A stretch of DNA of 64,000 nt from Anaerolineales bacterium (GTDB lineage Bacteria; Chloroflexota; Anaerolineae; Anaerolineales; UBA6663), in the NCBI GenBank assembly GCA_044224715.1, contig JBGAJV010000006.1, forward strand, positions 74,448 through 138,447, read 5' to 3'. The notes beneath the pieces are model-generated. The model made no database searches and was not told the origin of the DNA. It worked only from the letters and a program-made list of their open reading frames with translations. The position numbers and the translations under genes are program-made. Below are positions 43,764 through 52,074 of the stretch, in pieces; position 1 is the first letter of the stretch; each line of letters begins with the position of its first letter.

Positions 43764-43819
43764 ACGCGGGCTGGCAGGCGGACGGCGCATCAGGCGACCG
43801 GTGTCCGCGTGCGAAAGAC

Positions 43820-43867
43820 GAAAGGGCCGGCAAGCCGCCGCAACCGCGACGACCTGCCGGCCCTTTC
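43820..43867. terminator. Hairpin terminator between the convergent 418-aa protein gene and amt
   Basis: Perfect 13-bp stem GAAAGGGCCGGCA / TGCCGGCCCTTTC with a 22-nt loop. The A/T-rich stem ends give U-runs on both strands. Confidence 0.55.
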
Positions 43868-43894
43868 GTTCCTGTGTGAACGGTCAGACCCAGA

Positions 43895-45490
43895 CTAGTC
43901 GCCAGAAGCCGGGACGGCAGCGCCGGCCTTGGCACCCTTCAGCGCTTCACGCACCACATCGGTGGTGGGCTCGAAATCCTTGGGGTAGCCCAGCGAACCC
44001 ATCTCCGGGATGTCGAGACCCTGCAGTTCATGTTCGACATCGCTGCGGAGCAGGCCGATGGACTTTACGCCCAAGAAGAACACATAGCTCAAACCGACAA
44101 CGACGACGGCGATCGACACTGCCTCAAAGAGCTGGGCGCCCAGTTGACCAAAACCACCGCCATAGAACAGCCCGGTGACCGTGGTCGACACGCCGTTCCA
44201 ACCCGCCGAATTCGGATTGCCGTTGGCGAACAGGCCGACCGCAATCACGCCCCACAAGCCGTTCGCGAAGTGCACGGGCACCGCGCCCACTGGATCGTCG
44301 ATCTTAGCCTTCTCAAGCCAGACCGACGCAAAGCAAACCAGGACGCCGGCGATGGTGCCGATGATTGCCGACGCGCCCGCATCGACGAAAGCGCATGGTG
44401 CCGTGATCGCGACGAGGCCGGCCAGGATCCCGTTGACCGACATGCCCGGGTCTGGCTTCTTGAGCGGGCTGACGACCCACATGTACGTCATGGCCGCTAC
44501 GCCACCAAAGGCGCCCGCCAGCAATGTGTTGATGGCGGCGTTCGTGGCCAGGGCACCGAAGCCGCCCACGAAGCCGAGCGACGACGCCGGATTGAAGCCA
44601 AACCAGCCGAAGAACAGGATGACCGTGCCCAAGACGCCGAGCGCGATGTTGTGCCCTGGGATCGCGTTGGCCGAGCCGTCCTTGTTGAAGCGGCCGATGC
44701 GTGGTCCGATCACGATCGCACCCGCCAGGGCGACCGAGCCGCCAATCGAATGGACGACGCCGGAGCCGGCGAAGTCGACGGCGCCGTTGCCGAGGCCCAT
44801 TGTCCGGCCGAGGTTCTGGAGCCAGCCGCCGCCCCAAACCCAGTTACCCACGATCGGATAGATCACCATCGCGACCCACAGGCTCATGAGCACGAAGCCC
44901 GAAAACTTCAGGCGCTCGGCCATCGAACCGGTCGGGATCGTGGCGGCCGTGTCCATGAAGACCATCTGGAAGAGGAAGAAGGCGAGGATGCCGGTGCTCC
45001 CGCCAAGGCCCATCAGGAAGAATCCGCTGCCGCCGATGAGACCGTGTTGGCCGATCGCGAGGAGCGGCGTGGCGAGCAGGGCATTACCGGCCGCGTCGAC
45101 CCAGGCGCCGAGGGTCACAGGCGAGTGCGCCCAGGCGCTGAGGCCGTTGATCTCGGGCCAGGTCACGTTGACGGCGCCGAACTGAAACGCGAAACCGCAG
45201 ATGAAGTAGCCGACCGCGCCGATACAGAACACCATCATGTTCATCATCATGGTATGCGCGACGTTTTTGGCGCGGGTGAAGCCCGTCTCGACCAGCGCGA
45301 AACCGGCCTGCATGAAGAACACCAGGAAGCCGCCCAGCAGCATCCACATGATGTTCAAGGCCGTGTTCGTGTCGTTGACCATGGCGACCGGGTCGGGGCC
45401 ATCGGCGAAGGCCGGCGCCGCGACGCCCAGGACGATCAGGGCGGTGAGCACCGGCACAAGCCAGCGTCGGTGTCGTGCGAATGTGTGCAT
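43895..45490 (-). CDS. amt: Ammonium transporter (Amt family)
   Basis: ATG at 45490 follows GAGGAG. N-terminal signal-like segment, then FFMQAGFALVETGFTRAKN, DFAGSGVVHSIGG and VPVHFANGLWG (twin-His pore motifs). The ORF-track start at 45631 is judged too long. Confidence 0.93.
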   Translation of the reverse strand: MHTFARHRRWLVPVLTALIVLGVAAPAFADGPDPVAMVNDTNTALNIMWMLLGGFLVFFMQAGFALVETGFTRAKNVAHTMMMNMMVFCIGAVGYFICGFAFQFGAVNVTWPEINGLSAWAHSPVTLGAWVDAAGNALLATPLLAIGQHGLIGGSGFFLMGLGGSTGILAFFLFQMVFMDTAATIPTGSMAERLKFSGFVLMSLWVAMVIYPIVGNWVWGGGWLQNLGRTMGLGNGAVDFAGSGVVHSIGGSVALAGAIVIGPRIGRFNKDGSANAIPGHNIALGVLGTVILFFGWFGFNPASSLGFVGGFGALATNAAINTLLAGAFGGVAAMTYMWVVSPLKKPDPGMSVNGILAGLVAITAPCAFVDAGASAIIGTIAGVLVCFASVWLEKAKIDDPVGAVPVHFANGLWGVIAVGLFANGNPNSAGWNGVSTTVTGLFYGGGFGQLGAQLFEAVSIAVVVVGLSYVFFLGVKSIGLLRSDVEHELQGLDIPEMGSLGYPKDFEPTTDVVREALKGAKAGAAVPASGD

Positions 45491-45578
45491 CGTTCGTCTC
45501 CTCAAAGAATGAAAAAGATGAACAGGTGCCCCGGCATCATGGGCGCGGCCCTCGGCGGCGTTTGCTGCAAGCGCCCGA

Positions 45579-45619
45579 CAAAAAACAAACACGCCCCTGG
45601 CTGTGTGTGCCAAGGGCGT
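45579..45619 (-). terminator. Intrinsic terminator-like hairpin with U-tract in the response-regulator/amt intergenic region
   Basis: Minus-strand RNA is ACGCCCUUGG-CACACACAG-CCAGGGGCGU (10 bp including one G-U) followed by GUUUGUUUUUUG. It lies about 150 nt after the regulator stop and about 90 nt before the amt ATG. Confidence 0.6.
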
Positions 45620-45771
45620 CCGGGCCCGCAACCTCGCGGTTGAAGTATGCAGTTCAAACCTCGTGATGCGCAGAGTATACGGGCGACTTACTCAACGGCG
45701 ATCACCCTTATCGGCCAGAGTGCGAAAAGAAAACCCAACCGCGCAACTTGGGCAAAGTGCCCAGCGCCGTC

Positions 45772-46419
45772 CTATTCGCCGGGGCGCGTCGCGGGACGCA
45801 TGCCGGCCTGCAGCGCAACCGACACCGCGCCGGCGCGGTTGCTCACGCGCAGCTTCTGCAAAATGTGATCGACGTGCTTCTTGACGGTGTTGGGCGTGAT
45901 GAGCAGCGCCTCGCCGATCTGGCGGTTCGTGTAGCCCTGCGCCATCAATAGCAAAACCTCGCGTTCGCGATCGGTCAACTCCTGCAATTGCGCCGGAGTC
46001 TCCTGGTCGGCCGGGGCCGTTGTGCCGACACGGACGGCGTCGGCCGCGAGTTGCTGGAAGGCTTTGCGATCGAACAGGGCCTTCTCAACGAAGGCGAAGA
46101 CGCCATGCTCTTCGTAGGCGCGATCGACCTCGTCGGGGTCGTCCATGCCGCTGACCACGATGGTCGGCACGCGCCGCTGTTGCGCCGCCTGAAGCAGGCG
46201 ATAGCCGTCGCGGTTGTCCTGGCGCGCGTCCGAGCTGGCTAGATTCAGGTCCACGATGGCCAGATGGAAATTCCCGCGCTGCAGCTCGCCGCGGCCCTCC
46301 GCGTAGCTGGCCGCGAAGCGCAGCTCGTAGGCGGGCTCCGGCAGCAGCTCGGCGTACATCTCGCGCCACTGGGCGTTGTCTTCGATGACGAGGACGATCT
46401 GTTTTTCCATAGTGCTCAC
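45772..46419 (-). CDS. Response regulator, NarL/LuxR family (REC + HTH)
   Basis: REC domain (VLVIEDN, LAIVDLNL). C-terminal LuxR HTH LTDREREVLLLMAQGYTNRQIGEALLITPNTVKKHVDHILQKL. Confidence 0.92.
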   Translation of the reverse strand: MSTMEKQIVLVIEDNAQWREMYAELLPEPAYELRFAASYAEGRGELQRGNFHLAIVDLNLASSDARQDNRDGYRLLQAAQQRRVPTIVVSGMDDPDEVDRAYEEHGVFAFVEKALFDRKAFQQLAADAVRVGTTAPADQETPAQLQELTDREREVLLLMAQGYTNRQIGEALLITPNTVKKHVDHILQKLRVSNRAGAVSVALQAGMRPATRPGE

Positions 46420-46459
46420 TAAAACCTTCTGCGGTGTCCCGCAATAGAGAATGTCGAAG

Positions 46460-48772
46460 TCAGGCCTCGGCCTTGGCCGGAGGCAGCCGGATGACGAACG
46501 TGCAGCCCACCGCCTGTTGACGGCTGTTTGGTGTGTTCTCGGCCAGCACGATGCTTCCGCCGAAACGTTGCACCCAGGATTTCACCCACCACAACCCGAA
46601 TCCCAATTTCCGACCGGCGCCACGGGTCGAAAACGTCGCGTCGAAGATGCGGTCGCGCACTTCGAGCGGCACGCCGGGGCCGGTGTCGGAGATCACCAGC
46701 TCGGCCCAGCGGGTCGTCGGGTCAAGGATGTCGCTCACCACCTGGCCGCGTGTCACGATCCTGCCGGGTGTGTCACCCAGGGCCTCGATCGCGTTCTCGA
46801 TCAGATTCACCAGCACCAGCCGCAACTGCTCTTCGCCAGCCATGACAAGCGGCAGGCGGCCCAGCCCGACGCTGGCGATCTGGATGTGCGTCGGGCGTTC
46901 GATGCGCTGGACAGCCGTCGTGTACGCGAGCTTGACGCTGATCGGGCCGATCTGAAACGGGCGCAGATACGCGACGCTTTCGCGCGCCGTGGTCATGGCC
47001 TGCCGCGCGCTGGCCGCGATGTCGCTCAACTTCTTGGCCGCGATCGGGTCCCCGAGCAGGTCGGGGCGTTTCTCGGTCAGGCTCTGCGTGAGCGCCGGGA
47101 TCACGCCGACCATGTTGTTGACGCGGTGGATCAGGTTCGCGGCGACATCGCCGAGCACCGCGAACGTCTCGGCGACGGCCTGACGCTCCTGGGCGAGCTT
47201 GACCTGCGCCAGCGCCTCGGCCTGCTGGAAGGCAACGGCCGCGTGGTTGGCCAGCGCCGTGATCAAACGCATGTCCCAGTCGTTGAACGTGCGCGGCGTC
47301 TGGCTGTACACGCCGAACGCGCCGCGCGGGATGCCGTCGCGGCCGATCAACGGCATGATCAAGGCCGAGACCCAGCTCAACTGCGTCGACAACCGCCGAC
47401 GCGTGATGAGCGGCTCGGTGGCCATGTCGGCGGTGTACACCGGCTTGCGCGATTGCAGCGCCTCGCCGAGCAGGCTGCCGCGGATCGGCACACGGTATTG
47501 CGCAAAGGAGTCGAAATTGGCCGAGCGCAGCACGAGCATGTCGGCCTGCGAGCGATCGACCTCCCACACGGCGGCGTGCGCCACGTCGAGCAATTCACAC
47601 GCGCGCTCGATCAGCAGGTCGAGCAACTGGCTCGGCGAGCGCCGCGCCAGTTCGTCCGTGATCTCGACGATCGCCAGGAGCAGCTGCGCTTCCTGGATGG
47701 CGATGCTGGCCTGCGCCGCGAACGCCTCGAGTGCATTCTGGTCGTCGGTGCTGAACGCATGCGGGCGCGGGCTCTCGACGTTGAGCACACCCAGGAGTGA
47801 TCCACCCGAGCCGAAGATCGGCACGGCCAGTTCGGAGCGCATCAGCCGGTCGGGCAGCAGCGGGCGATAGATGTCGCGCCAGGGCTCGACCGCCAGATCG
47901 CCGATGCGCGCGGTGTGCCGATGCACGGCCACCCAGCCCATAACGCTGCCGGATTCGTCGACGGGCAGCGGCTGATCGTCGTCGGTGTTCGCTGGCGGGC
48001 TGACCGTGACGAGACGCAGCGTGTTGGTCTTGCGCTCCGCCAGTCTGAACGAGCCGAACTCCGCGCCGATCAGCGCGAGGGCGCTGTCGAGGATCTGGGC
48101 CAGGGTGTCGTCGAGATCGCGCCGCGAGCTGATCAGGTCCGCCGCGGCCTGCAGCCTCTCGAGTTCGGCGACCTTGCGCTCGAGCGCCCGATTGACACCC
48201 TCGAACTTGCGCGTGTTGTAGATCGCGACGGCGGCCAGCGCCACGAGCGTATCGAGCATGCGCAGCTCGTCTTCGGTGAAGCGGCGATCGTCGCGCAGGT
48301 CGAGATACAGGGCGCCGACGGCCTGCTCGCCGACGAGCAGCGGATAGCAGGCGGCGGTGCGGATGCCGGCGGCCAATTTCAGCGGGTGGAACGGTCGCCC
48401 GCTTTCGTACGAGAGCACGCGTTCGCGTGAGCGGATGGCCGCCATGCCCACGCCGTCGGGCCGCGGAAAATCGTCGCCGGCCGCGCTGCCGCCGCGATTG
48501 GGGTCGCGCCCGACACCCTGAGCTTCGCCGGCCGAGACCCGTGACCGTCGATCGAAACTGTTGCGCTCGGCGTCGAACAAATAGATCACGGCCGAGGCGC
48601 CCGGGCCGATCAGCTGCACCGCGGTCTCGGCGACCAGCTGCAGCGCCTCCGGGAGTGAGGTCTGCGCCCCCAGGCGATTGAAGCGCGACCCGGCCTGTCG
48701 GATCAGATCGAGCGCGCCGCGCCAATCGTGGGCGGCCTGCGCCGAATCGTGGACACGTGTGGAGTCAGTCAT
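46460..48772 (-). CDS. Sensor histidine kinase with three GAF-like domains
   Basis: Three segments with GAF-like patterns. H-box region DVAANLIHRVNN and HATPase_c (LVNLIENAIEA, ISDTGPGVP, GFGLW). The start at 48772 forms an ATGA overlap with the GNAT stop. Confidence 0.85.
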   Translation of the reverse strand: MTDSTRVHDSAQAAHDWRGALDLIRQAGSRFNRLGAQTSLPEALQLVAETAVQLIGPGASAVIYLFDAERNSFDRRSRVSAGEAQGVGRDPNRGGSAAGDDFPRPDGVGMAAIRSRERVLSYESGRPFHPLKLAAGIRTAACYPLLVGEQAVGALYLDLRDDRRFTEDELRMLDTLVALAAVAIYNTRKFEGVNRALERKVAELERLQAAADLISSRRDLDDTLAQILDSALALIGAEFGSFRLAERKTNTLRLVTVSPPANTDDDQPLPVDESGSVMGWVAVHRHTARIGDLAVEPWRDIYRPLLPDRLMRSELAVPIFGSGGSLLGVLNVESPRPHAFSTDDQNALEAFAAQASIAIQEAQLLLAIVEITDELARRSPSQLLDLLIERACELLDVAHAAVWEVDRSQADMLVLRSANFDSFAQYRVPIRGSLLGEALQSRKPVYTADMATEPLITRRRLSTQLSWVSALIMPLIGRDGIPRGAFGVYSQTPRTFNDWDMRLITALANHAAVAFQQAEALAQVKLAQERQAVAETFAVLGDVAANLIHRVNNMVGVIPALTQSLTEKRPDLLGDPIAAKKLSDIAASARQAMTTARESVAYLRPFQIGPISVKLAYTTAVQRIERPTHIQIASVGLGRLPLVMAGEEQLRLVLVNLIENAIEALGDTPGRIVTRGQVVSDILDPTTRWAELVISDTGPGVPLEVRDRIFDATFSTRGAGRKLGFGLWWVKSWVQRFGGSIVLAENTPNSRQQAVGCTFVIRLPPAKAEA

Positions 48773-49341
48773 GCCGATCTGCTTTCGGTCGCAACCTGCG
48801 CGCCGGGCCAAGGGCCGGGGGGAGCGTCGGGCAGGACCGCGCTGAACGTCTCCCGGTTATACACCCGGAAGCCGCGGGCCTCATAATTGGCCAGCGCCGT
48901 CGGGCCGTCGAGGGTACAGGTGTGCACCCATACCCGGCGCGGCCCCAATTCCCAGGCACGCTGCGCCGCCCGCGTCAACAGGGCGCCGCCCAGGCCACGA
49001 CCCATATAGCCGGGCAACAAGCCGAAGTATTGAAGCTGGACCTCGGGTCCCGGTTCGACCGCCAGTTCGAAAAAGCCGGCCGGCGTGCCGTGCTCGTACC
49101 CGACCCAGGTCTCGATCTCGGGGCGTGAGCAAAACGCGACCCAATCCGCGTAGGTCCATGCCAGACGGTCGATCCAATACCAGGCGCCGCCGATGGCCGT
49201 GTACAGAAACCTGCAGAACTCCGGGGCGGGCTGGCGCACCTGCCGGATGTCGAACCCAGGAATCGGTTGTTTCGCCGGGCGAATCTGCTCAGGCGACAGC
49301 AACTCCAAATAAGTTCGCGTGACGTCGACCGTCTGTGACAT
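48769..49341 (-). CDS. GNAT-family N-acetyltransferase
   Basis: Acetyl-CoA motif YFGLLPGYMGRGLGGALL and C-terminal ALANYEARGF. Confidence 0.8.
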   Translation of the reverse strand: MSQTVDVTRTYLELLSPEQIRPAKQPIPGFDIRQVRQPAPEFCRFLYTAIGGAWYWIDRLAWTYADWVAFCSRPEIETWVGYEHGTPAGFFELAVEPGPEVQLQYFGLLPGYMGRGLGGALLTRAAQRAWELGPRRVWVHTCTLDGPTALANYEARGFRVYNRETFSAVLPDAPPGPWPGAQVATESRSA

Positions 49342-49350
49342 GCATTAAAT

Positions 49351-49380
49351 AAGCCCTGACCACGTGCGTGATCAGGGCTT
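49351..49380 (-). promoter_or_regulatory. Strong hairpin ending 10 nt upstream of the GNAT start codon
   Basis: AAGCCCTGA / TCAGGGCTT (9 bp) with an inner CAC/GTG extension. On the minus strand it is followed by AUUUAAUGC-AUG. It could be a terminator for serA readthrough or a leader element. Confidence 0.4.
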
Positions 49381-49417
49381 CGTGGCCCAATATGGGTATC
49401 AGTTTCGGGTTTTGTCG

Positions 49418-49446
49418 ATGCTACACGAACGGGTGAGGCCTGTCAA
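49418..49446 (-). promoter_or_regulatory. Sigma-70-like promoter (TTGACA, 17-nt spacer, TAGCAT) for the GNAT/kinase/regulator operon
   Basis: On the minus strand, TTGACA is at 49446-49441 and TAGCAT at 49423-49418, with an exact 17-nt spacer. It lies between the serA stop and the GNAT start. Confidence 0.5.
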
Positions 49447-49488
49447 CCCGGAGGAAGGGGCCTCGAACCTGGACAGCCTGCACAGTGC

Positions 49489-51114
49489 TCATAACGTGAC
49501 GAGCCGCACGGCCACGACCTGGGGCAGGGCCCGCAACTGCTCCAAGACCTCGGCCGCCGGGATGCTGTCGAGGTTGAGCAGCGACAGCGCCATCCCGCCC
49601 GGGGTGTCCCGGCCGAGGCGCCACTCGGCGATGTTGATCTGATGACGGGCCAGCAGCGAGCCGACGCCGCCCATCAGGCCGGGCACGTCGCGGCTCTGCA
49701 TGATGAGCGCCGGCCCAAAGGGTCGGGCGTCCATGCGGATGTGGTCGATCTGCACCAGGCGGATGTCGCTTCCGCCGAAGATCGTCCCGGCCAGCAGACG
49801 CTCGCGGTCGTCGCCGTCGTCCCAGTGCGCGCGCACCGAGATCAGGTTCGGGTAGTCGACAAGTTCGAACCCGCGGCTTTGCGTGATCTGGATCCCGCGC
49901 GCCGCCGCCAGGGCAGGCGCGTTGACGTAGTTGATCGGCTCCTCGCTGAGGTGCCGCATCGCGCCGGTGAGCACGGCCACGGCGATCGGACGGACCATGT
50001 CCTGAAGTCCGGCTCCGCGCACGTCGAGTTCGAGCCGGCGCGGCGGCGCGTCGTTCAATTGAGTCAGAAGCGAGCCGAGTTTCTCGGCGAGGGTGAGATA
50101 GGGGCTGATGAGGCGGAAATCCGGCCCGACCGCGAACGGCAGATTCACGACGTTGCGATAGTTGTGGCCGCGCAGCGCGTCGAGCACCTGCGCCGCGATC
50201 TGGCGCGCGACCACGCCCTGCGCCTCATGTGTCGATGAACCTAGCTTGGGCGTCACGACGACGTTGGGCAACGCCAGCAGCGCCGAGTTCGTCGGCGGTT
50301 CCTGCGCGAAGACGTCGAGCGCCGCGCCCGCGAGCCGTCCAGAGCGCAGAGCCTCCACCAGAGCGGCTTCGTCGACCAGAATACCCTGGGCCGTGTTGAT
50401 CACCCGCGCGCCCGGCTTGCAGCGCGCCAGTTCAGGTGCGCCGAGCAAGTTGGGACGCGCGCCGGTCAGCGAGGCATGCACGCTGACCACGTCTGAACGG
50501 CTCAACAACTCGTCGAGCGGCACCAGCGTGACCTGCGCCTTGCGCGCGACTTCCTCGTCGATGTACGGATCGCACACGATGACGCGCAGGCCGAAGGCGT
50601 GCGCGCGGGCCGCGACCAGCTGACCGACACGTCCGAAGCCGATGAGGCCCAGAGTCTTGCCATTGAGTTCGATGCCGAGAAACCGGGTCCGGTCCCAATT
50701 GCCCGAGCGCAGGGATCGATCGGCGACCGGCACCTGGCGACACAGAGCCAACAGCAAGGCCCAGGTGTGCTCGGCGGCCGCGATGGCCACGGCTTCGGGT
50801 GTGTTCATGACCATCACGCCGCGCGCCGTGGCGGCCTGGATGTCGATGTTGTCGACCGCCTGGCCGGCGCGTCCGATCAGCTTGAGCCGCCCGGCGCGCT
50901 CGATCAGCGCCCGATCGACGGCCGTTCCCGAACGCACGATCAGGGCGTCGAACTCGCCGATGGCCGCGTGCAAGGCGTCGCCGTGCAGGTCATTGACGAC
51001 CAGGCTGACGTCGGGCGCCTGCCGCAGGATCTCGATCCCGTCTTCCGGGAGTGGGTCGGTGATGAGGATGCGATACGTTTGGGGTTCGGTGAGGGATGAG
51101 CCCAGCGCCATCAT
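49489..51114 (-). CDS. serA: D-3-phosphoglycerate dehydrogenase, long form with C-terminal regulatory (ACT-type) domain
   Basis: 2-hydroxyacid dehydrogenase fold with the NAD motif GLIGFGRVGQLVA, and a C-terminal extension of about 130 aa ending in an ACT-like segment. Confidence 0.88.
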   Translation of the reverse strand: MMALGSSLTEPQTYRILITDPLPEDGIEILRQAPDVSLVVNDLHGDALHAAIGEFDALIVRSGTAVDRALIERAGRLKLIGRAGQAVDNIDIQAATARGVMVMNTPEAVAIAAAEHTWALLLALCRQVPVADRSLRSGNWDRTRFLGIELNGKTLGLIGFGRVGQLVAARAHAFGLRVIVCDPYIDEEVARKAQVTLVPLDELLSRSDVVSVHASLTGARPNLLGAPELARCKPGARVINTAQGILVDEAALVEALRSGRLAGAALDVFAQEPPTNSALLALPNVVVTPKLGSSTHEAQGVVARQIAAQVLDALRGHNYRNVVNLPFAVGPDFRLISPYLTLAEKLGSLLTQLNDAPPRRLELDVRGAGLQDMVRPIAVAVLTGAMRHLSEEPINYVNAPALAAARGIQITQSRGFELVDYPNLISVRAHWDDGDDRERLLAGTIFGGSDIRLVQIDHIRMDARPFGPALIMQSRDVPGLMGGVGSLLARHQINIAEWRLGRDTPGGMALSLLNLDSIPAAEVLEQLRALPQVVAVRLVTL

Positions 51115-51137
51115 GCGCGCGATTGTACCGGAAAGAC

Positions 51138-51212
51138 ACCGGGAGTGCCCCGATGTATCCCGATGTCGGTGTGTTCCGCACCGACATCGGGATACATCGG
51201 GGCACTCCCGGT
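51138..51212. repeat. Perfect 34-bp inverted repeat (7-nt loop) between the HAD phosphatase gene and serA
   Basis: ACCGGGAGTGCCCCGATGTATCCCGATGTCGGTG / CACCGACATCGGGATACATCGGGGCACTCCCGGT. All 34 pairs were verified base by base. Confidence 0.95.
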
Positions 51213-51215
51213 ATG

Positions 51216-52067
51216 TTACTCCGCCGCCGCGCCAAGTCGGCGCAACAACGCCGCGCGTAGTTCGGGCTCTTGAAAGGAAACGCTGGCGGAGTCGGCGACG
51301 GCCGCGATCCCTCGAGCGTAGAGGCCGGCCTGCCCGAGCGGCGCCTCGGGCCGCGCCAGGGCGAGCGGCAGAATCGGCGCAAGGCTCAGCGCGTGGACGA
51401 AGACCCGCGCGCCCGCCACGACCTTCGGTCGCGTCGTGACGCCGCCGAACCCGACGAACAGGTCGACGGCCTCGCTGGCTTCGAGGTCGGACCCGCCGTC
51501 GCCGATCAGCATGGCGCGGCCACGAACACCGGCGCGCAACCGTCGGATGATCTCGGCCTTGCCGCGGCCGATCGTGAGCGGTCCGCCGTCGTGGGCCAGC
51601 ACCTGCTCACCCAGATTGCGACCGGCCGGGTGGCGCCAGGTCTCCCACCAGTTGCCGGCGAGCTGGTTGTACTCGAGATCGACCGCAAAGATCCGGTCCT
51701 CGGGAACGCCCAACCAGACCCCGAAATCGCGCACGCCTTTGGCCAGCCCGCCGCTGACGATGTAGACCCGTCGGCCGTCGGCCTGCAACGCGGCGATGAC
51801 CTCGCGGGCGTCGGGCACCAGCGTGTCGCGGTACAGCTGCGCCAGACGTTCGACATTCTCACGTGTGGCGTTGATCATCTCGAGTCGACGGGTGTACACC
51901 TGCTCGAGCGGAAGTTCGCCGTTCATGGCCCGGTCGGTCAGCGCCGCAACCTCGGCCTCTTTTCCCGCCCAACGCGCGAGCTCGTCGATGCCCTCGACCG
52001 TGGAAAGGGTCGAGTCGCAATCGAAGATCACGACTTCGAACGGCGACCAATCCTGAGCGAACGCCAT
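51216..52067 (-). CDS. HAD-superfamily hydrolase, phosphoserine phosphatase-like (subfamily IB)
   Basis: Motif I VIFDCDSTL, motif II VSGG and motif IV GDGGSD. Located immediately upstream of serA on the same strand. Substrate is not proven. Confidence 0.7.
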   Translation of the reverse strand: MAFAQDWSPFEVVIFDCDSTLSTVEGIDELARWAGKEAEVAALTDRAMNGELPLEQVYTRRLEMINATRENVERLAQLYRDTLVPDAREVIAALQADGRRVYIVSGGLAKGVRDFGVWLGVPEDRIFAVDLEYNQLAGNWWETWRHPAGRNLGEQVLAHDGGPLTIGRGKAEIIRRLRAGVRGRAMLIGDGGSDLEASEAVDLFVGFGGVTTRPKVVAGARVFVHALSLAPILPLALARPEAPLGQAGLYARGIAAVADSASVSFQEPELRAALLRRLGAAAE

Positions 52068-52074
52068 GCTGCGC

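Noticed and set aside
45517-45532. Sigma-54-like GGCAC element (GGGGCACCTGTTCATC on the minus strand) upstream of amt.
   Set aside because: The GG-N10-GC spacing is not met: TC occupies the -12 GC position. No enhancer-binding-protein gene is nearby.
45620-45670. Calling the duplicated CGAGGUU hairpins a bona fide ANTAR dual-hexaloop target.
   Set aside because: As I recall it, the consensus has A at loop position 1 and G at position 4. Here the loops read GAGGUU, and the first hairpin is only 3 bp. I kept it as a hypothesis inside the amt-leader finding and not as a feature.
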